Assembly: GCA_965243305.1 (NCBI GenBank)
Contig: CBDEUN010000003.1
Span: 1,221,845-1,285,844, forward strand
Length of the DNA stretch: 64,000 bases
Origin: Arenicellales bacterium
GTDB taxonomy: Bacteria > Pseudomonadota > Gammaproteobacteria > Arenicellales > JAJDZL01
Direction of reading: 5' to 3'
In this document: one piece after another, positions 20,076 to 28,141 of the stretch
How positions within the stretch are numbered: the first letter of the stretch is position 1
How the letters are laid out: every line of letters starts with the position of its first letter
Translations under genes and position numbers: made by a program
Notes under the pieces: model-generated
The model's database searches: none
What the model was told of the DNA's origin: nothing
The model's input: only the letters and a program-made list of their open reading frames with translations

Positions 20076-21409
20076 GCTTCGAACCCCTGCCGCATACTCC
20101 GCTCGTCGAGGTTGCGTCCGATGAAGACGAGCTGGTTACGGCGGGGAGCGTCCCCCCATTCACGATCAGGCTGACCGTCAAAGAGCATGTGAACTCCTTG
20201 GAACACGAAGCGACGCGACTCGCCCGACAGGCTGATGAAGCCTTTCATTCGAAAGATGTCCACCCCGCGCTCTCGGAGCAGTTCGCTAAGCCATTCATTA
20301 AGTCTCTCGGGATCAACGTCGCCGCCGCAATCGATGGCGATCGAACCCACCTCGTCATCGTGCTCGTGCTGTGCGACCCATGTGCGCTCGACCTTGTGCC
20401 TGACTACTGCTCCTTCGGCATTCATCAGTTGCAGATCAAACTCTTCTGCGGTGTGTTGGGCATAGAGGCCAAGGCGCATCAGTGTTTTAACATCCAAGAA
20501 GAACGACTTGCGCCCTGCGGAATCGAGCTGCAGATTAATGTGCTTTCCGATAGGAATTGCTTCCCCTGGGTGAATGAGCGTCGCAGGTTCGGCGTATCGC
20601 CGCACACACCATTCCGCACTCTCACGGAGGGTGGCGTCATTTGTGCCTTGGTCGGGTACGACAACGAGCGACATTGTCGGATCAGGTCCTTCGGCGAGGC
20701 TGAGTTCATATCGCCCAACATCGAGGGAGTAGACTCCAGTCCATTCGAACGGATACTCCGGCTCGAGGAAGGTGGGACGGCGCTCGAGCGCCTGGTCCAG
20801 ATCGAAGGCGCCGAGGTTGAGTACCGTATCGACAGAGATGTTCGCCCGCTCGCTGCGCACAACCCGCGCCATTCGGTTCATTTCTCGGAGTCGAGCTTCG
20901 AGCTGGTCGAGCACCTCGGTGTTGACCAGATCAGTCTTGTTGAGTACCAGGATGTCCGCGAACGCGATTTGCTCGGTGCTTTCGTCGCTGCGACCGAGCT
21001 GTTGCTCGATATGGGCGGCATCGACGAGCGTGACGATCCCGTCAAGAGAGAACTCCGAGCGAATTTCGTCGTCCATGAAGAAGGTCTGAGCGACCGGGCC
21101 GGGATCGGCGAGTCCGGTGGTCTCCACTAATACGTAGTCAAATTTATCGCGACGCTTCATGAGATTTCCGAGCACGCGAATCAGGTCTCCACGCACCGTG
21201 CAGCAGATACAGCCGTTCGACATCTCGAAGATCTCTTCATCAGCATTGATGACCAGCGCCTGATCGATGCCGACCTCGCCGTACTCGTTCTCGATCACGG
21301 CAATACGCTTTCCGTGCTCCTCGCTCAAGATTCGGTTGAGTAGAGTCGTCTTACCAGAGCCGAGGAAGCCGGTTAGAATAGAAACGGGTACTTTTTGCGT
21401 TGCGTTCAT
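20063..21409 (-). CDS. COG0523-family GTPase metallochaperone (CobW/YjiA/ZigA-like), long form
   Basis: P-loop GFLGSGKTTLLNRIL, metal motif GCICCTVRGDL, VETTGLADP, NKTDL, and a CobW C-terminal domain (RMKGF...FQGVH). 448 aa. Confidence 0.9.
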   Translation of the reverse strand: MNATQKVPVSILTGFLGSGKTTLLNRILSEEHGKRIAVIENEYGEVGIDQALVINADEEIFEMSNGCICCTVRGDLIRVLGNLMKRRDKFDYVLVETTGLADPGPVAQTFFMDDEIRSEFSLDGIVTLVDAAHIEQQLGRSDESTEQIAFADILVLNKTDLVNTEVLDQLEARLREMNRMARVVRSERANISVDTVLNLGAFDLDQALERRPTFLEPEYPFEWTGVYSLDVGRYELSLAEGPDPTMSLVVVPDQGTNDATLRESAEWCVRRYAEPATLIHPGEAIPIGKHINLQLDSAGRKSFFLDVKTLMRLGLYAQHTAEEFDLQLMNAEGAVVRHKVERTWVAQHEHDDEVGSIAIDCGGDVDPERLNEWLSELLRERGVDIFRMKGFISLSGESRRFVFQGVHMLFDGQPDREWGDAPRRNQLVFIGRNLDERSMRQGFEACLN

Positions 21410-21444
21410 CTGATTCTCCTGAAATTGTTCATTTAGTTAAATAT

Positions 21445-21885
21445 TCAGTGCCCCCAGTCGTATGGTGGCACGCGCCCCCGTATGCTTGAGCGGAGGCGCT
21501 TCGGACGTCGCTCCCGCGGCATGAATCCGTCTGCGGTACCGACGTAGAGCGAGACGCACTCCAAGATGTCACCCACGCTCTCGCTCGGCTGCTGATCTCC
21601 AAAGAGGTAAATCCACGCCTCGGGTGACGAGAGTGCGATTCCGCAGGGACGCGGGCATAGGCTGAGGCACTCGGCAGACCTGACCTCAACGTGGTGTCTT
21701 AATGGACTTTCATGGAATGTCGCGCGAAGCTCTTGATAGAGTTTGAAGCCGGCTCGACTCTCTCTTGGCTCACGCGCAGAGCCGAGTGCCCTACAGGACG
21801 TGCAAACGTGAAGTACAGATTCACGACAGATGCCATGAGATGTCGGTGGCCCTTTCGCTAAAACGGATGACGCAGTTTTGATCAT
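21445..21885 (-). CDS. DUF1636-family metal-binding protein
   Basis: Cys pattern LHVCTSCR ... AECLSLCPRPCGIAL ... YLFGD ... RGRVPP matches my recollection of DUF1636, which often precedes cobW-like genes. Confidence 0.7.
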   Translation of the reverse strand: MIKTASSVLAKGPPTSHGICRESVLHVCTSCRALGSAREPRESRAGFKLYQELRATFHESPLRHHVEVRSAECLSLCPRPCGIALSSPEAWIYLFGDQQPSESVGDILECVSLYVGTADGFMPRERRPKRLRSSIRGRVPPYDWGH

Positions 21886-21923
21886 GTCGACTTCTCGGTG
21901 GTGCTAACCTCCGGAAAACGGCT

Positions 21924-22178
21924 TCAAAGCTCTACCCAAGTATTACTGTCAGCGGAGGCGAGACACGCTTCCACCAGGCACTCGTCGAGGCAGGTACGCA
22001 GGGCCGTATCGGACATCTGCTGGCCGAAGAAGACGGGTTGCTGCGTGCGATCACTGATGCGAAAATGCCAGCCCAGCTGCTGGTTAGCAGCGATCCAGAA
22101 GAAACCCTTCGAGCGGAGCACAACCGAACTGGTGTGCACTGACTCTGTGGCCCCGCTTCGGACCTTCACTGTTTCCAT
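21924..22178 (-). CDS. Hypothetical small protein (first gene of the high-GC operon)
   Basis: 84 aa from ATG 22178 (METVKVRSG...). The ORF opens further upstream at TTG 22238. No confident family, though the GWHFRISD...FFGQQMSDTA segment is vaguely YegP/DUF1508-like. Confidence 0.35.
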   Translation of the reverse strand: METVKVRSGATESVHTSSVVLRSKGFFWIAANQQLGWHFRISDRTQQPVFFGQQMSDTALRTCLDECLVEACLASADSNTWVEL

Positions 22179-22244
22179 GTCAAACTCATTCCTACAGCCA
22201 CGCTTGGTTTTCAAGCGGAGCTTGGTGCTTGTTATCAAGTGAGC

Positions 22245-22262
22245 GTAATATTATAACATTAC
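22245..22262. promoter_or_regulatory. Zur-box-like palindrome upstream of the COG0523 operon
   Basis: GTAATATTATAACATTAC is a 16/18 self-complementary AT-rich palindrome. It resembles the gammaproteobacterial Zur consensus (GAAATGTTATAnTATAACATTTC). It lies 67 nt upstream of ATG 22178. Confidence 0.5.
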
Positions 22263-22384
22263 CTAATAAGCGTCAATGAAATCAGTGTAATGGCACTTCT
22301 CCTGACTCAAATTCAGCGTCGCATTAATCCCAACTGAAGTCAGGAGATTATTGATGGTTTAGCTGATTTGGTAGATGACCCAAT

Positions 22385-23377
22385 TTACTCATTCGCAATA
22401 TCGACATTTTCACCTGAAATAATGCGGTAATGTAGGTCCATATCAATGTTTCCACCGCTGACGATAATAGCAAGCGATTTGGAACATTGCAGTTTGCCTG
22501 ACAATAACGCAGCGATTCCCACTGAACCCGAACCTTCAATAATCAGCCTCTCCTTCCAATACGCGTGTCGAATTGCAAGGGCGATTTCATCTTCTGATAC
22601 CAGTATGAACTCATCGATCAGGTCTTGGGCCATGGCGAATGTGTACTGATTATCCAGCCCAATTCCACCCCCGAGAGAGTCAGCTAGCGTGGGTAACTCG
22701 TCAACCAGAACTGGATGTTTCGCCTTGAGACTGGCATGCATGGCGGCACCACGCTCCATAGAGACACCGATGACGCGAATCGCCGGATTTTGTGTCTTTA
22801 GTGCGACAGCCACACCAGAAATCAATCCACCCCCAGATACCGGTACAACTACCGCTTCAACATTTGGCACCTGTTCCAGCAACTCCAGACCTAGTGTTCC
22901 CTGTCCGGAAATAATGTCAAAGTGATCAAAGGGCGGTAGCATGGTCATGTTTTTTTCACTGACCAGGCGATCGACTTCAATTTGTGCGTCATCCTGCGAC
23001 CTACCGACGATGCGAACTTCAGCACCGTGTGACTTGATGCCATCAATCTTGTTTTGCGGCACAAGACTTGACATGCAAATAATGCACCGAATGCCAGCTT
23101 GTGATGCTGCGTAGGCCAGACCACGACCATGATTACCGGTGGATACCCCGACGACACCGTTTTTACGCTGTTCACTGTCAAGGTTTAGTACTGCGTTGCT
23201 CGCGCCTCGAAGTTTAAAACTACCGGTGGTCTGCAAGTGTTCGAGTTTGAGGTTGACGCAGACACCGCTTAGTTCGCTTAATGCGGCAGATTGCACGACA
23301 GGTGTTTGGACAACCGCTGTGGAAATGCGGTCTCTCGCCTGTTCGATATCAGCAATCGTAATGCGACTTCGATTCAT
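22385..23377 (-). CDS. eutB: Threonine/serine dehydratase-like PLP enzyme (hydroxyectoine utilization dehydratase EutB)
   Basis: PLP-lysine motif TGSFKLRGA and glycine loop VPVSGGGLISG. 330 aa. It is the last gene of the ABC-eutA-dioxygenase operon. Confidence 0.75.
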   Translation of the reverse strand: MNRSRITIADIEQARDRISTAVVQTPVVQSAALSELSGVCVNLKLEHLQTTGSFKLRGASNAVLNLDSEQRKNGVVGVSTGNHGRGLAYAASQAGIRCIICMSSLVPQNKIDGIKSHGAEVRIVGRSQDDAQIEVDRLVSEKNMTMLPPFDHFDIISGQGTLGLELLEQVPNVEAVVVPVSGGGLISGVAVALKTQNPAIRVIGVSMERGAAMHASLKAKHPVLVDELPTLADSLGGGIGLDNQYTFAMAQDLIDEFILVSEDEIALAIRHAYWKERLIIEGSGSVGIAALLSGKLQCSKSLAIIVSGGNIDMDLHYRIISGENVDIANE

Positions 23378-23401
23378 GAAAGTTTGACTGGTGAGTTGCA
23401 G

Positions 23402-24295
23402 TCAGGCAACAGTGCTAATTTCTTCCTGATGATCGAAAATTGATGTGTATCCACCCCACCAGTCTGGAGGCAGCGGCACGTTCAGTTCTTCGTGGTGAGC
23501 ATAACGAGGTTCAACACCTCGAACCAAAGTATGGTAGTTAACACTAGGATAAGATGGTGCAGTGTACGGCATTGCATCCGCTGCGGCGTATGTCAGCACA
23601 AATGCAGGACGGGCCGCACTATCGTAATTCGATCCAGAACCGTGAACGGTCAAACCGTGATGTACCGTCAGCGTTCCCGGTGAGCCTGTCAGCATTACGG
23701 CCTGGTCTACACCGGCTTCCTCGTAGTCTCCTTCTGCAATAGCACCGGTCCAATTCCATTGATCATCGTAGTGAGGGAAAAGCTTTCCCCGATGGCTACC
23801 TGGGACGACTTGCAGCGGGCCCTGTTCAGGCGTTGCTCCGTCAAGCAGAAGCAGAAACTGCGTGGTTCCGCTGTGTGTATGCGGATAAAACGCCAGGTCT
23901 TGGTGCCACTTCACTTCTGCACCACCGTCGGACCATTTGAAATTCATCATAATCTCTCGGAACCGAATGTTTGCACCTAATAGGTCAGCAGCAATATCAG
24001 GAATGATTGAGTCTTTACAGAGCTGCCAGAAAATCGGATCATATTCATCAACATAAGCCACTCTCCGAAGCCGTGGCTTTTCGGCACAGTGATCCGGTTC
24101 GATATCGATTCGTTGAGTAGATTCCTTGATCTCTCTTGTGCTTTCCACAATTTCCGCCAATGCGTTTCTCAACGGCTTCAACCAGTCATCACTGAATAGA
24201 CCGGGAAATTTAAGATAGCCTTGTTCGTAAAAGCGAAGGCGTTGTTCCTGAGTAATGACGGTTGGCGGAACTGCGCATATTTCATCAAGTTTCAT
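23402..24295 (-). CDS. Phytanoyl-CoA dioxygenase (PhyH) family Fe(II)/2-oxoglutarate oxygenase
   Basis: WHQDLAFYP (HxD) and a distal TVHG His; 297 aa. It lacks the EctD signature as I remember it (WHSDFETWH). Confidence 0.75.
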   Translation of the reverse strand: MKLDEICAVPPTVITQEQRLRFYEQGYLKFPGLFSDDWLKPLRNALAEIVESTREIKESTQRIDIEPDHCAEKPRLRRVAYVDEYDPIFWQLCKDSIIPDIAADLLGANIRFREIMMNFKWSDGGAEVKWHQDLAFYPHTHSGTTQFLLLLDGATPEQGPLQVVPGSHRGKLFPHYDDQWNWTGAIAEGDYEEAGVDQAVMLTGSPGTLTVHHGLTVHGSGSNYDSAARPAFVLTYAAADAMPYTAPSYPSVNYHTLVRGVEPRYAHHEELNVPLPPDWWGGYTSIFDHQEEISTVA

Positions 24296-24306
24296 TGCAC
24301 GACTAC

Positions 24307-25122
24307 CTATGTGAAAAAGGGTTCAGAAACGGGTATTCGAAGCAACTCTCCAAACCCGTCCACCGGTTTTGTGTATCCTGATGCGCGCAGTGCCTGCCAA
24401 AAGAGCGCTTGGTTGGCTGAGACTACCGGTTTGTCAATTTTTCGCTCAATTTTGTCGAGGACATCAACAGCTCGAATCGCGGTACAGGAAATGAACAGTG
24501 CATCTGCTTCAGCCCGATCGGCTTCAATTGCGGCATCATAAATTGCCTGCGGAGGAATCCGAGCCATTGAATCATTGTCTGGATAGTGGAAACTGGTAAA
24601 GGCGACAATCTCAACACCTGCAGCAGTAATGTAATCGTAAATTTGCGAGTTGACATCATCGCTATAGGGTGTGAGTACTGAAATTTTATCGGCGCCAAAC
24701 TGCTCTAGTGCCGCGAGCGACGCTGTAATCGGAGTTGCTACCGGTATCCCGGGGCGCGCATCATGAACGCGTCGGGATACCGTGTCATATCCCAATACTA
24801 CCGTACCAGAAGTGCAGCTGTAGGCAATCGCATCGAGACGCGATCCCGGAATTAACTGGGCAGTTGCGTTGGTCAATTCAGGTTCCATTACACGCAGACT
24901 TTCAACCGAGCAAACGTCATCGTTCGGGATTCTGGAGACAAAAAGAGCGATGTCATCGCAAGGACGCATATTAATAAAGTCGCGCTCGGTAGCCAGGTCA
25001 TTCGACAAGGCGAGAAGCCCGATTCGATATTGCCCTGGCCCGTCGTCTAGTTCATATGCTATACGGACCGGGTCAGCTTTAAATTGCCTGATTGGTTCAG
25101 ATTGAATGGCTGTCATTTTCAT
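24307..25122 (-). CDS. eutA: Asp/Glu racemase-maleate isomerase-arylmalonate decarboxylase superfamily protein (EutA-like)
   Basis: Paired catalytic-Cys contexts AYSCTSGT and FISCTAIR, plus KPVVSANQALFWQ. 271 aa. Confidence 0.65.
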   Translation of the reverse strand: MKMTAIQSEPIRQFKADPVRIAYELDDGPGQYRIGLLALSNDLATERDFINMRPCDDIALFVSRIPNDDVCSVESLRVMEPELTNATAQLIPGSRLDAIAYSCTSGTVVLGYDTVSRRVHDARPGIPVATPITASLAALEQFGADKISVLTPYSDDVNSQIYDYITAAGVEIVAFTSFHYPDNDSMARIPPQAIYDAAIEADRAEADALFISCTAIRAVDVLDKIERKIDKPVVSANQALFWQALRASGYTKPVDGFGELLRIPVSEPFFT

Positions 25123-25140
25123 TATTCTCTTTTATTGATG

Positions 25141-26226
25141 TTAGCTGTCAGCCGCGACAACAATACAGTCAGAGGGAAAGAACGTACATTCAAGTGATCC
25201 CTGGTATTGATCTACCGATTGACCAATAAACTGTTCACTAATCGTAAAACGGTGACCACTCGCGAGTTCCATGACGATGTGAATATCCGCTCCCAAATGC
25301 GCGACGTTTTGGACGGTGCCGCTAATTCGATTGACATTCGCTGCACCATCTGCGGAAGCCGCGTTGCCTGTTCGAATACGTTCTGGTCGTATACAGACTT
25401 CGTATGTCGGTGCATCAAACTCGGGCTTGGGGACCAACAAGGATAGACCTTCCGCGACTTCAAAGGTACACAAGTTGTTCCTGTCCGCTGGGCCCAGCAC
25501 TCCACTCAGCCAGTTTGAGCGACCGATGAACTCAGCAACAAATTTCGTTTGGGGATTTTTATAAATTTCGGTTGGCGGTCCCTGCTGAACGATGCGACCC
25601 TCGCTCATGACAACCAGCCGGTCACCCAGGCTCATCGCTTCTTCCTGGTCGTGTGTGACTATGATGGTTGAAGCGCCAACTGCCGAAAGAATCTGTTTTA
25701 GCTCAATTCTAAGTTCCTGACGCAGTTTGGCATCGAGTGCAGACAGCGGTTCATCCAGCAGTACCACCTCCGGATTGGTTGCTAATGCGCGTGCCAGCGC
25801 AACGCGCTGCTGTTGGCCACCAGAGAGCTGAGAAGGCCGTCGCTGCTCAAAACCGTCCAGTTTGACCAGGTCCAGCATTTCCCCTACACGGTTATCGATT
25901 TGACTGCGATCATAGTTGCGTCGCTTGAGACCATAAGCCACATTTTGTTGAACAGTTAAGTGGGGAAATAGTGCGTAGTCCTGAAACAGTAGGCCGACAT
26001 TTCGTTCATAGGGCCGCTTGTTGCGCATATTGACGTCGGCAATCAGGACGTCACCTTCGCTTGGTTCTTCAAAACCGGCGATCATTCTGAGGGTGGTTGT
26101 CTTGCCGCAGCCGGAAGGTCCAAGCAGTGACAGAATTTCACCCCTATTGAGGCTGAATGTGGCTTCACTGACTGCGGTGAAATGACCGAATCGTTTGGTT
26201 ACGCTTTTGAGTTGAACGACTGACAT
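25141..26226 (-). CDS. ABC transporter ATP-binding protein (PotA/MalK-type with C-terminal TOBE-like domain)
   Basis: GPSGCGKTT, LSGGQQQRVALARAL, VLLDEPLSALD. 361 aa. Confidence 0.9.
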   Translation of the reverse strand: MSVVQLKSVTKRFGHFTAVSEATFSLNRGEILSLLGPSGCGKTTTLRMIAGFEEPSEGDVLIADVNMRNKRPYERNVGLLFQDYALFPHLTVQQNVAYGLKRRNYDRSQIDNRVGEMLDLVKLDGFEQRRPSQLSGGQQQRVALARALATNPEVVLLDEPLSALDAKLRQELRIELKQILSAVGASTIIVTHDQEEAMSLGDRLVVMSEGRIVQQGPPTEIYKNPQTKFVAEFIGRSNWLSGVLGPADRNNLCTFEVAEGLSLLVPKPEFDAPTYEVCIRPERIRTGNAASADGAANVNRISGTVQNVAHLGADIHIVMELASGHRFTISEQFIGQSVDQYQGSLECTFFPSDCIVVAADS

Positions 26227-26235
26227 TGAATCGGC

Positions 26236-27060
26236 CTATGAGCGATAAACGCCGCCACCAATTACGCGTTCAAGTCCGACAATTACATCCAGAATGATGA
26301 TCAGCCCAATAGTAAACAGCATCAGGATAACCGAGGCAGCTGCGATGGTCAGGTCGAAGTTGGTGCGCATCATACTGACCATGGCGACAGGAAGCGTGTA
26401 AGTCTGGGGTGAGGTTAAAAACAGGCTGACTGCGACATCATCCATGGAGAATGCGAAAGCAAATACCGCACCGGCTACCATTCCTGTGCGTGCCAGTGGA
26501 AACGTAACATCCCAGAATGCTTGACGCTCGTTGGCGCCCAATGTCATGGCCGCTTCGGTCAGGTTCTTGCGTATCCCTGTCAATCCGGCGAGTGTTGTTC
26601 TCACCGCGTAGGGAAAGGTAATGATGATGTGACCGGCCAGCAAGCGGGGGTAGCCTTGAAAAACGCCGATTAGTGCAAAAAACAGCAGCAATGAAAATCC
26701 GATCACTACCGCGGGGATCACCAGTGGCGAGAGAAAAATGGTTTCCAGTGCCTGCTTGCCTGGGAATTCATAGCGGTCAATAACGATTGCGGCACAGACG
26801 CCAGCGCAGGTTGAAACAGATGCCGCGATGACGGCGATAATCAGACTGGTTTTCAACCCGTTCAGGTAATAGGTGTCAGAGAAAAATCTTGCGTACCAGT
26901 GAAAAGAAAATTCAGTTGGCGGGAAACGCCCAAGATAGCTGCGTGCATCAAATGACATCAAGATCGAAACAATGATCGGCGCGATCAGAAATGTGACGGT
27001 CAGTAGTATGGTGCCGACTACAGCCCAGGCTCCGAAATGATCAATGTATCGCTGCAGCAT
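26236..27060 (-). CDS. ABC transporter permease (PotC-like)
   Basis: 274-aa six-TM-type permease with an EAA-like loop (EAAMTLGANERQAFWDVTFP). Confidence 0.85.
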   Translation of the reverse strand: MLQRYIDHFGAWAVVGTILLTVTFLIAPIIVSILMSFDARSYLGRFPPTEFSFHWYARFFSDTYYLNGLKTSLIIAVIAASVSTCAGVCAAIVIDRYEFPGKQALETIFLSPLVIPAVVIGFSLLLFFALIGVFQGYPRLLAGHIIITFPYAVRTTLAGLTGIRKNLTEAAMTLGANERQAFWDVTFPLARTGMVAGAVFAFAFSMDDVAVSLFLTSPQTYTLPVAMVSMMRTNFDLTIAAASVILMLFTIGLIIILDVIVGLERVIGGGVYRS

Positions 27061-27069
27061 ACCGGTTAC

Positions 27070-27921
27070 CTAGTTTTTGATCCAGCGAGTCGTTACCAGA
27101 TAGGTAATACCATAAATGATCAACAGCGACAGTAACAACATGATGATTGAGATCGCTGAACCGCTCGGATAATTCGCAATTTCGCTAAAGCGCGAGTAAA
27201 TCAGGTTCGATACAAACAGAACTTTACCCTTGCCCAGAATCATCGGTACTACAAACGCCGATAAACAAAGCGTAAAGGAGATCAGAAAGGCCGACAGCAG
27301 GCCAGGTACACAAAGCGGAATGGTTATCGTAAAGTGAGCCATCCAGCGCGGTGCGCCGAGCGCCTGCGCCGCTTCAGTTAGTCTGGGATTGACATTCTGA
27401 ATGGTTCCAAGCAAAGTAATTGCGGCAATTGGCACTAAATAATGAAGCAGTCCCAGAATAACAACCAGTTCCGTGTAGAATCGGCCGTTCATTGACACAC
27501 CGAGCAAACCGGTTAAAAACTTTGCGATTCCAGTCGGACCGAAAGTCAACTGAAGTGCATATACCCGAACCAGGGTGCTGAGGAACATGATGCCAATCAA
27601 GAATCCGACGCCGATTTTGCGCCAGAAGGGGGTGAATCGTCTGGCAATTACATAGGCAATGGGGAATCCAAGTATCAACCCGACGATTGAGGCGATGAAC
27701 CCGATACGCGCGGTTTCGACAAAGTAGTACAGATACGTTGCGTTGATCAACTCGGCATAATTGAAAAACGTATAGGGCGCATCTTTAGCGGAACCGATGC
27801 GCCCAGGTTCGAACAGACGAAAGCTCTCCTCGACGACGTTGGCTAGTGGCAGCACCAGGAAAGCAAGCAGTATGCCGACACCGGGTACTAGCAGTAGAAT
27901 TGCGCCGCGACTGAGTTTCAT
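27070..27921 (-). CDS. ABC transporter permease (PotB-like)
   Basis: 283-aa permease with an EAA loop (EAAQALGAPRWMAHFTITIP). Confidence 0.85.
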   Translation of the reverse strand: MKLSRGAILLLVPGVGILLAFLVLPLANVVEESFRLFEPGRIGSAKDAPYTFFNYAELINATYLYYFVETARIGFIASIVGLILGFPIAYVIARRFTPFWRKIGVGFLIGIMFLSTLVRVYALQLTFGPTGIAKFLTGLLGVSMNGRFYTELVVILGLLHYLVPIAAITLLGTIQNVNPRLTEAAQALGAPRWMAHFTITIPLCVPGLLSAFLISFTLCLSAFVVPMILGKGKVLFVSNLIYSRFSEIANYPSGSAISIIMLLLSLLIIYGITYLVTTRWIKN

Positions 27922-28141
27922 ACTGGTGTATTACACTCCAATCGTCTGGAAAAAAATCTCGATTTACCATAACGGTAACGACTACTGCCGGTATTTGAGC
28001 CCAACCACAAAGAAAACAGTCGGAAAGACTCAAAACCGGCAGGCCTGGCTTTGTAGTCAGCTTTCGCGTAACCGGCCAAAGTTAACACGATCTGAAGATC
28101 CTTGACCGGCACCCGCGAAGTGCAAGTTTCGTAGGAGGTGA

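Noticed and set aside
20189-21130. 313-aa plus-strand ORF, along with other long ORFs at 20235-20465, 20479-20862 and 20772-21089, inside the COG0523 gene.
   Set aside because: These are antisense or off-frame shadows typical of high-GC DNA. Their proteins are low-complexity (Ser/Arg/Ala-rich) with no motifs. The minus-strand frame 20063-21409 carries complete GTPase motifs.
22298-22347. 10-bp inverted repeat (TCTCCTGACT ... AGTCAGGAGA) with a 30-nt loop just downstream of eutB, considered as a terminator.
   Set aside because: No U-tract follows on the transcribed (minus) strand and the loop is long. It may be a junction relic or a weak structure, which is not enough for a terminator call.
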